Part shown: piece by piece, positions 18,089 through 27,781 of the stretch
Position numbering within the stretch: position 1 is the stretch's first letter
Layout of the letters: every line of letters starts with the position of its first letter
Assembly: GCA_965217775.1 (NCBI GenBank)
Contig: CBDCJH010000002.1
Coordinates: 768,001 to 832,000 of the forward strand
Reading direction: 5' to 3'
DNA: 64,000 nucleotides
Source: Acidobacteriota bacterium
GTDB taxonomy: Bacteria > Acidobacteriota > UBA6911 > RPQK01 > JAJDTT01
Translations under genes and position numbers: made by a program
Notes under the pieces: model-generated
Databases searched by the model: none
What the model was told of the DNA's origin: nothing
What the model saw: only the letters and a program-made list of their open reading frames with translations

Positions 18089-19540
18089 ATGAATCCTGAT
18101 CACATTGGCCCAATGTCGAATCGGCGCTTGTTCCTGGAGCGGACGGCCGCCGGTTTCGGCTCCCTGGCCCTGGCCCATCTCATGGCGAGCGAGGGCCTGA
18201 CCGCCGCGGTGCCCAACGGGAACGGAGTCGTGAATCCCCTGCAGCCCAGGGGGCCTCATTTCCCGGCCACGGCCAAGCACGTGATCTTCCTCTACATGTC
18301 GGGAGGTCCCAGTCAGGTCGATCTCTTCGACCCCAAGCCGGCGCTGAAGAAGTGGCACGGACAGCAGTTGCCCGTCTCCTTGAGGAAGAACCTGAAGCAG
18401 GCCTTCCTGAAGCCCACGGCCACTCTCATGGGCAGCCCCCGGGAGTTCAAGCCCCACGGACAATGCGGCACCGAGTTTTCCGACTACCTCCCCTACACGG
18501 CGGCCCACGCCGACGACATCTGCCTGATTCGCAGCATGCAGACCGACGCCGTGAACCACGACCCGGGCGAACTGCTCCTCAATGCGGGCACCAGCATCCT
18601 GGGGCATCCCACCATGGGATCGTGGGTGACCTACGGGCTGGGAAGCGAGTCGCAGGATCTGCCCGGCTACGTGGTTTTGAGCACGGGCAGCCGGCCCAGC
18701 GCGGGGGAGAACAACTGGTCCAACGGATTCCTGCCCTCCATCTACCAGGGGACCCCGTTCATGAGCACGGGGGATCCGATCCTTTACCTTTCGGATCCTC
18801 CCGGTGTCAATTCCCGGATCCAGCGAGTGCATCTGGATGCGCTCCGGCTCCTGAACGAGAAGCGGTTCCGGGACACCGGCGACGCCGAGATCGGCGCCCG
18901 CATCGCCTCCTACGAACTGGCCTTCCGGATGCAGATGGCGGCGCCGGAGCTGCTGGACTTCTCGCAGGAGTCGCCGAAGCTGCTGGAGGAGTACGGCGTC
19001 AACCGGGAAGGGAAGCGGGCCAAGTCGTACGGGGTCAACTGCCTCCTGGCCCGCCGGCTGGTGGAGCGGGGCGTCCGGTTCGTCATGCTCAATCACGCCA
19101 ACTGGGATTTTCACTACCGGATCGACGAGAGGCTGAAGGGCTACTGCCACGATACGGACCAGCCCACGGCCGCCCTCCTGAAGGATCTGAAACAGCGGGG
19201 ACTGCTGGAGGACACCCTGGTGCTCTGGGGCGGGGAGTTCGGCCGTACGCCCATGGGCGAGCCGGAGATCCACGGCGGAGACCCGGGACGGGACCACCAT
19301 CCCACCTGTTTCAGCATGTGGCTGGCCGGCGGCGGCATCCGCGGCGGACAGGTGGTGGGCCGGTCCGATGAGCTGGGCCTCAATCCGGTGGAGGATCCGG
19401 TGCACGTCCACGACCTCCAGGCCACTCTGCTGCACTGCCTGGGGCTGGATCACACCCGCCTCACCTACCACCACATGGGCCGCGACTTCCGGCTGACGGA
19501 CGTGGGCGGCAACGTGGTGAACAAAGTGCTCGACGCCTGA
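18089..19540 (+). CDS. DUF1501 family protein
   Basis: [31 protein letters not shown]. Confidence 0.9.
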   Translation: MNPDHIGPMSNRRLFLERTAAGFGSLALAHLMASEGLTAAVPNGNGVVNPLQPRGPHFPATAKHVIFLYMSGGPSQVDLFDPKPALKKWHGQQLPVSLRKNLKQAFLKPTATLMGSPREFKPHGQCGTEFSDYLPYTAAHADDICLIRSMQTDAVNHDPGELLLNAGTSILGHPTMGSWVTYGLGSESQDLPGYVVLSTGSRPSAGENNWSNGFLPSIYQGTPFMSTGDPILYLSDPPGVNSRIQRVHLDALRLLNEKRFRDTGDAEIGARIASYELAFRMQMAAPELLDFSQESPKLLEEYGVNREGKRAKSYGVNCLLARRLVERGVRFVMLNHANWDFHYRIDERLKGYCHDTDQPTAALLKDLKQRGLLEDTLVLWGGEFGRTPMGEPEIHGGDPGRDHHPTCFSMWLAGGGIRGGQVVGRSDELGLNPVEDPVHVHDLQATLLHCLGLDHTRLTYHHMGRDFRLTDVGGNVVNKVLDA

Positions 19541-19580
19541 ATCCCGAAAAACGCCAAGAGACCGATCGGGGGGAACGATC

Positions 19581-20018
19581 ATGGGAGAGTTGAAGCTCGC
19601 GTACAAAGCCCGAAGTTACAGCACCGGCACCCTCGGGCGGGCCATCTGCAGCGCCCGAACTCACCATTTCGTCGCCGACGACCTGGGAGGAGAGGAGGTG
19701 GGAGCCGGCGAGCTCTTCTTCTCCGGTGTCGCCGCCTGCGCTGTCAACATGGTGGAGCGGATCGCCGCGGCCGACGAGACCCCGCTGGAGTGGATGGACG
19801 TCTCAGTCGAGGCCTACCGTGATCCCGACAAGGACCACGGCGAGTTGACCCTCTACGATTCGGTCCGGGTCCGGATCGAAATGTGGGGCGTGAGCGACGA
19901 CGCCGCCGAAGTGCTGACGGGGTTCTGGAAGGCGCGCTGTCCCCTCTACGGCACGGTCGCCGCCGCGACTCCCGACACCACCGTTTCGCTGGTGTCCCAC
20001 CCCGATTCGCGTCGCTGA
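19581..20018 (+). CDS. OsmC/Ohr-like protein
   Basis: Two family-type cysteines (GVAAC, RCPLYGT). Confidence 0.65.
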   Translation: MGELKLAYKARSYSTGTLGRAICSARTHHFVADDLGGEEVGAGELFFSGVAACAVNMVERIAAADETPLEWMDVSVEAYRDPDKDHGELTLYDSVRVRIEMWGVSDDAAEVLTGFWKARCPLYGTVAAATPDTTVSLVSHPDSRR

Positions 20019-20174
20019 TACGGAGGCGTCGAGGAGTCCGGATCGTCGTCGTTACTGTTCGCCCGGTCGGCTAGGCTGCTACCGATCCAGGTCCTGTTTC
20101 ATATTGGTGTGAGGATGGTTCTCGCAATGGGCTCGTCACACTAGTATCCGATGGGATACAGGGGGGAGATAATC

Positions 20175-20480
20175 ATGGCAAAGATAAGTACCCGTCCATG
20201 GGATGCGGCCGAACATCTTGAGACCGACGAGGATATGGCTGCCTACCTGGAGGCGGCGCTCGAAGACGGTGACCCTGCGCTGATATTTGCTGTTTTGGGG
20301 GACATCGCACGCGCCAAGGGTATGACTGGAATCGCACGGAATGCGGGTCTGGGACGGGAGAGTCTTTACAAGGCGTTGTCTCCCGGCGGCAATCCGAGAT
20401 TCGCCACCGTGCTCAAAGTCGTACGGACGCTGGGACTCCAGCTTCACGCGGCGCCGGCTCGAGGTTCAACCAATCAGTAA
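20175..20480 (+). CDS. Addiction-module antidote HTH (HI1420-like), no adjacent toxin gene
   Basis: WDAAEHL..AYL, GDIARAKGMT..A..GLGRESLYKALS..GNPRF. Confidence 0.85.
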   Translation: MAKISTRPWDAAEHLETDEDMAAYLEAALEDGDPALIFAVLGDIARAKGMTGIARNAGLGRESLYKALSPGGNPRFATVLKVVRTLGLQLHAAPARGSTNQ

Positions 20481-20536
20481 AGGGCCGGGGAGTTCGGGAC
20501 GACGTCAGCCGACTTCCGAGGACCTCACCCGGCGGC

Positions 20537-20971
20537 TTACTTTTCGCACCTCAACAGGCACATGCCCATCGCCCCCAGAAGCAGCGGCAGTGCGGCGTCG
20601 ATGATCCCCCAGACCAGTGTGACCGTATCCGTACCCACTGCAGTAAAGCCGGGACTCACGTAGTTGAACCAGTTCCGGAAGAACAGGATTCCAACGAAAA
20701 CGAAGCCATAGAACAACGTGTTGGCTGCCAGGTAATAGCGGGTGACCGGAGCATCGCCTCCCTCACGGTCGGCTCTTCTCTTGCAGCCATAGCTGCATAC
20801 CAGGCTCAGCGCAACGGCCAGGGCCATCAGCGGGTTGATGTAGCTCCAATTCGGGGTGTAGGGGGCGGCTTCGGTGGAGGTGTGATACAGCGGCTCGATG
20901 ATCGTGTGGACGGCTACGATCACCGCAACCGCGATCAGATAGACGCCGATGATTCGTTTGAGTTGTTTCAT
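20537..20971 (-). CDS. Four-TM hypothetical membrane protein
   Basis: Four hydrophobic helices; AGGAGG RBS-like sequence upstream. Confidence 0.6.
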   Translation of the reverse strand: MKQLKRIIGVYLIAVAVIVAVHTIIEPLYHTSTEAAPYTPNWSYINPLMALAVALSLVCSYGCKRRADREGGDAPVTRYYLAANTLFYGFVFVGILFFRNWFNYVSPGFTAVGTDTVTLVWGIIDAALPLLLGAMGMCLLRCEK

Positions 20972-21098
20972 GGGTTTACGCCTCCTGTTCAATGTCTCCG
21001 ATCATGCATTTTCGGATCAAGGCGCGTCAAAACGCCGTTCCCGCTGCCGGGTACGGCAACGCCGTTGGACAAGCCAAAGGCCGGCAAATTCGACTCGG

Positions 21099-21506
21099 CT
21101 ATGGAACGACCTCGAACCCCATCTGCTGGAAGTGATGGTCCAACGTCAAGACCCTGCGAATTCGCAGTTCCCGCATGACAACGAAGCTGCAGCAGTCGGT
21201 GAAGGAGAAGTCCTTGTCACGGTAGCGGAAGAAAAGCGATCGTGCGCGTTCTCTTCGCGCTTCACCGACCGACTCCATGCGAAGTCGGGTCGACCCTTCG
21301 ATTTGCCGCCACCAGGCTTCAGCGGCGTCGAGACCGAGGCGAAACCGGATCGTGGTCAGGGTCTCGTCGACCACGTAGTCGGTCGTCACCAGGATGCCGC
21401 CCTCCGAAAGCCATCGATCCCGAGTCTGCCGTACGAACGGGCCCGAGGTATCGGCGCTGTCGGCGGCGGAAACCCATGCGGCCGTATCCACGTAGATGGG
21501 CTTCAT
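21099..21506 (-). CDS. VapC/PIN toxin
   Basis: YVDT, DYVVDET, FSFTDC.SF, TLDHHF. Confidence 0.88.
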   Translation of the reverse strand: MKPIYVDTAAWVSAADSADTSGPFVRQTRDRWLSEGGILVTTDYVVDETLTTIRFRLGLDAAEAWWRQIEGSTRLRMESVGEARRERARSLFFRYRDKDFSFTDCCSFVVMRELRIRRVLTLDHHFQQMGFEVVP

Positions 21507-21748
21507 CGATAAAGCAGCTCGTCGTGCCTCGCGGCGGCGTCCCCCGAGTCGGAAGAGCCGACGGGTGCGGCCCGGAACAGCGAATCCGATTCCAAGGGCA
21601 CGCTTTCGACAGAGGGAGCGCCTACCGGGACGATGTCGAAGGCCGGGCGGCTCCGGTACAGGACGGTGAACTTTTCACCATGTCTCACCTTCTCGACGAT
21701 GTCCTTCAATCTCTCTCGGAGCTGTTTGGCGTTGAGAATCTCATGCAT
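21503..21748 (-). CDS. Phd/YefM-type antitoxin
   Basis: NAKQLRERLKDIVEKVRHGE.FTV; overlaps the PIN gene start. Confidence 0.8.
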   Translation of the reverse strand: MHEILNAKQLRERLKDIVEKVRHGEKFTVLYRSRPAFDIVPVGAPSVESVPLESDSLFRAAPVGSSDSGDAAARHDELLYR

Positions 21749-21789
21749 CGGAGTGCTCTCGTCACAAAGTTCAACTTAAGTTAATCTTT

Positions 21790-21900
21790 GGGGCTTATAT
21801 ACCTAAGTGCCCTTGGCATACAGTTCTGGCACCACGCTTTCCCCAACGAGATACGTTCCGGTGCCCAGGGCAAGAACCCCAGCCCTGAGAATGTTCAGGG
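21790..21900 (-). ncRNA. Predicted omega-RNA scaffold (3' part) overlapping the tnpB 3' end
   Basis: Hairpins CAGGGC/GCCCTG, GGCACC/GGTGCC and TGTATGCC/GGTATATA at the position typical of TnpB omega-RNAs; 5' boundary uncertain. Confidence 0.6.
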
Positions 21901-22978
21901 CGGCATTGTGGTCCCTGTCCATTCCAAGTCCGCAGGCCCTGCACCGGAAGGTTTCGCTCCGTCCTGGATCGTGGCGGGCGCCGCACCGGTGGCAGTCCTG
22001 CGAGGTATATGCGGGATTCACTTCTACGAACTCCCGACCGGCCCATTCTGCCTTGTACTGGAGTTGATTCCGCAGAAGCCCCCATGATTGCGTCAGTATT
22101 TCTCGATTCAGCCCCTTCTTCTTCGAGCCCTTCGTTACCATCCCTTGGATGTTCAGCTTCTCCACAGCGATCAGACCGTGCTCACGAATGATCCTGCTGG
22201 AGAGACGATGGCAGGCATTACGGTTTCGGACCGATTCCCGGTGACGGAGCCGAGATAGCTGTACGATCCGCTTCCGTCTGGTCTTGGAAATCTTCTTGCA
22301 CCTGGAGACCTTTCTCTGCTGCTTTCGGATCTCCCCCCAGTCCCGTCTCTTCCGTTCGATCCTCTCACCCGTGGACAGCACCGCTCGCTTGCGGACGCCC
22401 AGGTCGATCCCCACCGAAGACTCGCATTTCGGTAGCGGCGGCTTCTCCACCTCGTAGGTCAGGTCCACATACACCCGGTTCGGCTTGCGGACAATCCGCA
22501 ACGCTTTCAACGGGCATCCGTCCGGCAACGGCCGGGACGGAAATACCCGGATCGTCGGAAAGCCCTTGGGGCGGATGGCGTATCCGCGCGCCCGCTTCTT
22601 CACCACGGTCGCCTTGGGGTCGACGATGTCGATGGTCTCCATCCTCGCCAGGGGCCGGAACCGAGGATACCCCGGCTTCTCCCCCGCCTTGCAGCGACGG
22701 AAGAACGCCTGGAAGGCCCGGTCCAACCGCATCAACATCCCACGCTCCGCCTTGACCGCCACCGACCCGAGCCCCTCCGGATCGTCCTTCCTCTGGGAGG
22801 TCAACCCCTTCATCTGATCGTACAGGGTCACGCCGCGTTGCTCGGATTCCCAGGCCGTCCTGCGTTCCTCCAGTGCAGCGTTGTACAGCCGATTCAGGAT
22901 GGACCTCACCCCGTCCAACCGCCGGATTCCACCCTTGGACAGCTTGGCTCTGCACTGGATAGTTGCGTGGCCTTTCAT
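21803..22978 (-). CDS. tnpB: TnpB RNA-guided endonuclease, catalytic triad intact
   Basis: LYNAAL, GYPRF, RuvC-I GIDLG, RuvC-II AVEKL, YTSQDCHRCG..CRACG Zn ribbon, RuvC-III DRDHNAALNI. Confidence 0.93.
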   Translation of the reverse strand: MKGHATIQCRAKLSKGGIRRLDGVRSILNRLYNAALEERRTAWESEQRGVTLYDQMKGLTSQRKDDPEGLGSVAVKAERGMLMRLDRAFQAFFRRCKAGEKPGYPRFRPLARMETIDIVDPKATVVKKRARGYAIRPKGFPTIRVFPSRPLPDGCPLKALRIVRKPNRVYVDLTYEVEKPPLPKCESSVGIDLGVRKRAVLSTGERIERKRRDWGEIRKQQRKVSRCKKISKTRRKRIVQLSRLRHRESVRNRNACHRLSSRIIREHGLIAVEKLNIQGMVTKGSKKKGLNREILTQSWGLLRNQLQYKAEWAGREFVEVNPAYTSQDCHRCGARHDPGRSETFRCRACGLGMDRDHNAALNILRAGVLALGTGTYLVGESVVPELYAKGT

Positions 22979-23112
22979 GGTCGGAATTGTAAACCATCAG
23001 CCTGAATTCTCGGCACTTACGTATATAATCTCTTAATCTTTCCTGAGAATTGAGGCAACTGGGCCGCGCCGCATGGCGCTTGCATGAACCGTCCAACCAG
23101 TGAGGATTTGTT

Positions 23113-23939
23113 ATGAGGAAGTGGGGCACGCCGGACGATCCCCGCCGGGCGCGGGTCGAGGAAATGCTTGAATCGTCCCGGGTCGTCGAAATTTTCAAGG
23201 GGGTTCACGACTTCAACATCGACGAACCGGCGGAGGACTTCCCGATCTTGAGCATGGCCTTCGGGTCATGGACCTCGACCGTTCGATTCCAGGTCCCGCA
23301 GTTCGGCCGTTGGCTGGCCGCCACCGGTTCACAACGTGCCTACGCTCACCACCGCAGCATCATGCAGAATTACACGTGGCAGCGCCGGCAACGTCAGCCT
23401 GGGCACCCGGGCAATGGCTGTTCAAGATGCCATTTCAACTCATGGAGTTGGAGACCTGGGCGAGACCTATCCCGACGCCCTTTTCATCCGGACGCACCGT
23501 AGCCCCAGCCAATTCATGGGTTCCTGGAACAGCTTCGTGGAAAAGGCGCGTTCGCTCTCCGTCCATCCACAGCCCCGAGAAAGCCTCGGCGCCGAACTGC
23601 TGGACTTCATGAGCCGCATGATGGATCGAGCCGTGCATTTCGGGGAAACCCATCCCGAACTGGAGCACCGCATGGATGGACGTGAACTACATCGATCTGG
23701 TGGAAGACCCGCTGACCGTGGTGCACGGTATCTATGAGCGGTTCAATTGGCCGCTCAAACGGTCGGTCCTGAACACCATGGACGACTGGCTGTTCCAGCA
23801 GGCGGCGCGCCGCCATAAGGAGCCGAAACATCGCTACGATCTGGCGGACTACGGCCTGACACCCGAGGACGTCAACACTGCGTTTGGGGGTTATCGAGAT
23901 TTTCTGACCCGCGCCGGAATTCGCGAATCCGGTTCGTGA
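23113..23939 (+). pseudogene. Sulfotransferase family fragment with several frameshifts
   Basis: WLFKMPF, YPDALFIRTHRSP, DLVEDP..V..IY, HRYDLADYGL spread over three frames. Confidence 0.75.
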
Positions 23940-23992
23940 TCCGGCTCGGTTGGCAAGTCAGCGCGCCGCTTGCGGTGAGCCGGGACTTCTCA

Positions 23993-24235
23993 ACCCGCAT
24001 TTCTCACCAGGCCGCTATGCTTATGCTGAAAAAGAATTCATTTTTCAGCATTTACCCGGCTATTGCCAAGGTCTCTCAGGGACAGACTGCGCGCTCGCGC
24101 GCCCTCGCTGGTCTTTTCGCCCTCAGCGCGCACATGCTCCCTCAAACGTAGCCACCACTACGCTTTCGGTCGCGAGCACGCGCTGAGGGCGAAAATCCTG
24201 CGCGATCATCGCGCTCCCTTCTGAGAAATGCGGGT
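23993..24235. mobile_element. ~243-bp MITE
   Basis: Perfect 14-bp IR ACCCGCATTTCTCA/TGAGAAATGCGGGT; internal hairpin TTTTCGCCCTCAGCGCG/CGCGCTGAGGGCGAAAA; CA on both flanks. Confidence 0.75.
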
Positions 24236-24288
24236 CATTGGCGGTCGCGCCATTGCGGACCGTCTGGGCGTGACCGGCACCGGTGCCG

Positions 24289-24936
24289 CTAATCCGTCCT
24301 CGCTATGACCTCGTCCAGCGCCTTATCAGCGGAGCTGAACATTTCCTCAAGAATCTTCTGGCGCCGGGTTCTCAGGCGCTCGACGAACCTCCACAGGGAA
24401 TTCGTAATTTCAGCGATCGCCGCCTCCCGTGCCTGGAGCGAGAGAGTTCGGTCGTTTTTGTATTCGTATTTTTCGATCGTGAAATTGGCAATGTCCCGGA
24501 TGTTTTCTCCGACGATGTCGAAGTTGACCGCGTTCCTCATCGGAATGGTGTTACGAGTCGCCCTTGCTCCCGGATCACTCCCGATACCCGTCTGTCCCGT
24601 GATGGCTTCGATTGCCGCACTCTGCGAGTCGTAAAGCGAAATGATCTGATCAAAGCCGCTCACCGTGACGATATCGCGGATCGATTTGGAGAGGTTGCAG
24701 ATGCCGAAGGCCTTTCCCGGCTGGTTGAACTTCTTGGCAATGAGCAGGCAAACGCGAAGACCCGCGCTGCTGATGTAGCCTAATTGCGCAATGTCCAGAA
24801 TCATGGTGTTCTCGTCGGGATCGATTCCCGACTCCAGGATATTCTGGCATTCGAGGTAGTTGCTCCCGTCGATCCGGCCGACGGGCATCGCAATCAGAAT
24901 TCCTGCTCTCCGGCTCCATTTGATCAGTGGGGGCAT
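24289..24936 (-). CDS. STAS (anti-sigma antagonist) protein with a C-terminal helical extension
   Basis: GRID...ILDIAQLGYISSAGLRV...TVSGFD. Confidence 0.75.
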   Translation of the reverse strand: MPPLIKWSRRAGILIAMPVGRIDGSNYLECQNILESGIDPDENTMILDIAQLGYISSAGLRVCLLIAKKFNQPGKAFGICNLSKSIRDIVTVSGFDQIISLYDSQSAAIEAITGQTGIGSDPGARATRNTIPMRNAVNFDIVGENIRDIANFTIEKYEYKNDRTLSLQAREAAIAEITNSLWRFVERLRTRRQKILEEMFSSADKALDEVIARTD

Positions 24937-25359
24937 ATTCTTACTCCTTTGAAAATTCGAATGGGCAAAGGTTGAGATTGACTTACCCGTCCCTGGAGGA
25001 CGGCTCCGAATCGCCGGCGGGAGGCAGCTTGCCACCACCGCCGGGGAGTTGGGAAACTGTGGGAAAAATGCGAGGCACTGCCCGCGAAGGGTGATTTTCT
25101 CGACAGGAGGAATCGCTGGTTGGGCGGAAACGAACCGATCGGTTCCCCGGACATCGCTTCAGACTTTCCGATCACCATTGGCCAATTTCTGGCGTCCGGC
25201 GTCCGGCGCAACGCACATTCTGCTGCATCGACGACAAACAGCCGGATCATAGCATTTTCCCCGGCCGACTCGTAGCCACATCGATACCTGCAACAATCGA
25301 AAGCCGTACCGCTTGTCTGCCGGGTCCGGGTTTGATAACGAAGGGATGTCCGGCACAAT

Positions 25360-26259
25360 ATGGCCGGAGATCGGGGTGCGGCGGACGACCGGGCCGCCGG
25401 GGAGTTCGACAGCATGGATCCCAAATGTCTCGACTATCGCCTCACCGCAAAGGAACGCCGTCAGTTTGAGCAGGAGGGTTATTTCATCATTCCCGACGCC
25501 CTGCCGGCGTCATTGGTCCAAGACTTGGGGGTGGTCGTGGACCGGCTGGATCGGCAGTCTCGCCGGAAACACGGCATCGACAGCCGGGAGATGATCCACA
25601 TCCTGGACTTCATCGGCCGGGACGACCTCTTCCTCCGATTGCTGGACTGGCCTCTGACCTTCCCCAAGGTGTGGGGAATCCTGGGTTGGAACATCCAGCT
25701 CTATCATTCCGATATGGTCATCACACCGCCCCGGGGAGTTCATTCTGCTGAAAAGAGACGGTTGAGTTGGCATCAGGACAGCGGTCGCCTGAACCTGGAA
25801 CTGGAAGGCGACCCCCGGCCCCGGGTCTCGCTGAAGATCGGATTCTTCCTCACGGACACGTCGGTGCCCGGTTGCGGAAACTTCACCATCGTGCCCGGAA
25901 GCCACCGTCGTAACCGATTGCACTTTCCGGAAGACGGCGTTTCCGACCCGGACGATGCCTTGACCGTCTGCGTGCCGCCGGGTGCCGCGGTCTGCTTCGA
26001 CCGCCGTCTCTGGCACTCGGGAAGTCCCAACGATTCGGACTGGACCCGGAAAGTTCTGTTCTACGGTTACAGCTATCGCTGGCTCCGGCCCCGGGACGAC
26101 ATGACCGTCGATCATGTGATGGACCGTTGCGACCCGATTCGGCAGCAACTCCTGGGCGCCGGCACCGGCGGCATGGGCTACACTTCGCCGGGCCCCGAGG
26201 ACGTCCCCCTGAAGGCTTGGATGGAACAATATCTGCCGCCGGAAGAAGTGCCCTTGTGA
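25360..26259 (+). CDS. Phytanoyl-CoA dioxygenase (PhyH) family protein
   Basis: FEQEGY, WHQD, PGSHR, LWHSG. Confidence 0.88.
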   Translation: MAGDRGAADDRAAGEFDSMDPKCLDYRLTAKERRQFEQEGYFIIPDALPASLVQDLGVVVDRLDRQSRRKHGIDSREMIHILDFIGRDDLFLRLLDWPLTFPKVWGILGWNIQLYHSDMVITPPRGVHSAEKRRLSWHQDSGRLNLELEGDPRPRVSLKIGFFLTDTSVPGCGNFTIVPGSHRRNRLHFPEDGVSDPDDALTVCVPPGAAVCFDRRLWHSGSPNDSDWTRKVLFYGYSYRWLRPRDDMTVDHVMDRCDPIRQQLLGAGTGGMGYTSPGPEDVPLKAWMEQYLPPEEVPL

Positions 26260-26427
26260 GCAGTTTCTTCCGGCTCCAATCCTGCTCTCCTCGCCTTCGG
26301 CTGCTGGCGGAGGTCGTAGTGAGAGGGTATATTGTCGAACATCGGTTTGACGGCACTGCCCATTTCGGGAGCACCGTGATCCGTCGGCCTGCTTGAAACC
26401 ACGGGACGTTTTCCAAGGAGATCGCTC

Positions 26428-27771
26428 ATGCTGCAAAATCGTCGATCATTCCTGAGAGCCGCCGGGGTGAGCATGGCCCTGCCGTGGCTGGAGTCGATTC
26501 CCGGCGTGGTGGCCGCGCCGGTGGGAGACGTTGCGGCCGGGCCCCCGATTCGCTTCGTGGCGAATTTCTTTCCCCTGGGCGTCAACACCCATGAGTGGGG
26601 CGCTTCCGGCGAGGGCTCGGCCCTCGCCCTGAAGCCGACCCTGGAACCGCTCCGGCCGATGCAGCACAAGGTCAACATCCTGCAGGACCTGTCCCATCCC
26701 CACTTGAAGAAGCTGCGGGGACACGCCGGGAAGGTGGCTTCCCTGTACACCGGCGAACCGGGCGGACGCGACCACAGCCGTGCCGGGACCTCCATCGACC
26801 AGCACATCGCCAACCGGATCGGGCACCATACCGAGTTTCCGTCTCTGGCGCTGGGAATTGCGCCCTCCAGAAACCGCCGCGGGTTCTACGACTCCGCCGT
26901 CTCCTGGATCAGCCCCGACAAGCCCTTGGCCAAGGAGATCGATCCGGCCATGACCTTCGACGCCCTCTTCGGCGACAAGTCGTGGTTGAAGCGGGACCGG
27001 AGCGTTCTGGACCTGGTGCTGGATCAGGCCAAGACTCTGGAGCGGCGTCTGAGCGCTCAGGACAGCCAGACCCTGTCGGAATACTTCCAGGGCATTCGCG
27101 AGGTGGAGCAGCGGATCGCCCGCCTCGACCGGGACAAGGCCGATTGGCAGCGCCAGCAGCAGTCCGCAGGCGGCTCCATCTCCCGGCGCTTTCATCCCGA
27201 AGATCCCCGAGGGGCGGGGGAGACTCCCGACTTCGCCCTCTATCAGCCGGAGAACTTCCGCGAGCACACCCGGCTCATGCTGGACCTGATCGTGTTGGCT
27301 CTGCGGATGGACAAGACCCGGGTGCTGAGCTTCATGTTCGACAGCTACGGACCCAAGTACAGCGATTTCAGCTTCATTCCAGGTGTACGGGGAGAGTGGC
27401 ACGCCCTGAGCCACCACAAGGAAACTCCCAGTTCGCTGCACCAGTATCACCTCATCAACCGCTGGCACGTCTCCGAGTACACTTATCTGCTCCGGAAGAT
27501 GGACGAGGTGAAGGAAGGGGAGGGAACCCTGCTGGATCATTCCATGGTCATGATCGGCTCTAGCATGTGGGACGGGAATCGCCACACCTGCAACCAGTAT
27601 CCGATCCTGTTGGCCGGAAGTGCGGGCGGCCGGATCAAGACCGGCCGAGCCATCGATTTCCAGGGCGGATCCATGTCTCAGCTCTTTCTGTCGCTGGCCG
27701 AGAACATGGGAGCGCCCATGGACCGGTTCAAAGAAGCCACCGCGTCACTCGGGTCCACGCTTTCCGGTTGA
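26428..27771 (+). CDS. DUF1552 family protein
   Basis: RRSFLR..GVSMALPWLES, SIDQ, WHALSHH, EGTLLD, DGNRH. Confidence 0.88.
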   Translation: MLQNRRSFLRAAGVSMALPWLESIPGVVAAPVGDVAAGPPIRFVANFFPLGVNTHEWGASGEGSALALKPTLEPLRPMQHKVNILQDLSHPHLKKLRGHAGKVASLYTGEPGGRDHSRAGTSIDQHIANRIGHHTEFPSLALGIAPSRNRRGFYDSAVSWISPDKPLAKEIDPAMTFDALFGDKSWLKRDRSVLDLVLDQAKTLERRLSAQDSQTLSEYFQGIREVEQRIARLDRDKADWQRQQQSAGGSISRRFHPEDPRGAGETPDFALYQPENFREHTRLMLDLIVLALRMDKTRVLSFMFDSYGPKYSDFSFIPGVRGEWHALSHHKETPSSLHQYHLINRWHVSEYTYLLRKMDEVKEGEGTLLDHSMVMIGSSMWDGNRHTCNQYPILLAGSAGGRIKTGRAIDFQGGSMSQLFLSLAENMGAPMDRFKEATASLGSTLSG

Positions 27772-27781
27772 GGAGGCTGTT

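Larger units (their letters stand above)
21790..23033 (-). mobile_element. Non-autonomous IS1595-type element carrying only tnpB
   Basis: Ends GGGGCTTATATACCTAAGTGCC (21790) and GGCACTTACGTATATAATCTCT (23033) are imperfect IRs resembling the IS1595 ends at 35163/36924; TAATCTTT duplicated at 21782-21789 and 23034-23041. Confidence 0.88.

Noticed and set aside
21803-22978. Cas12f/CRISPR system
   Set aside because: No repeat-spacer array or cas genes anywhere in the window.
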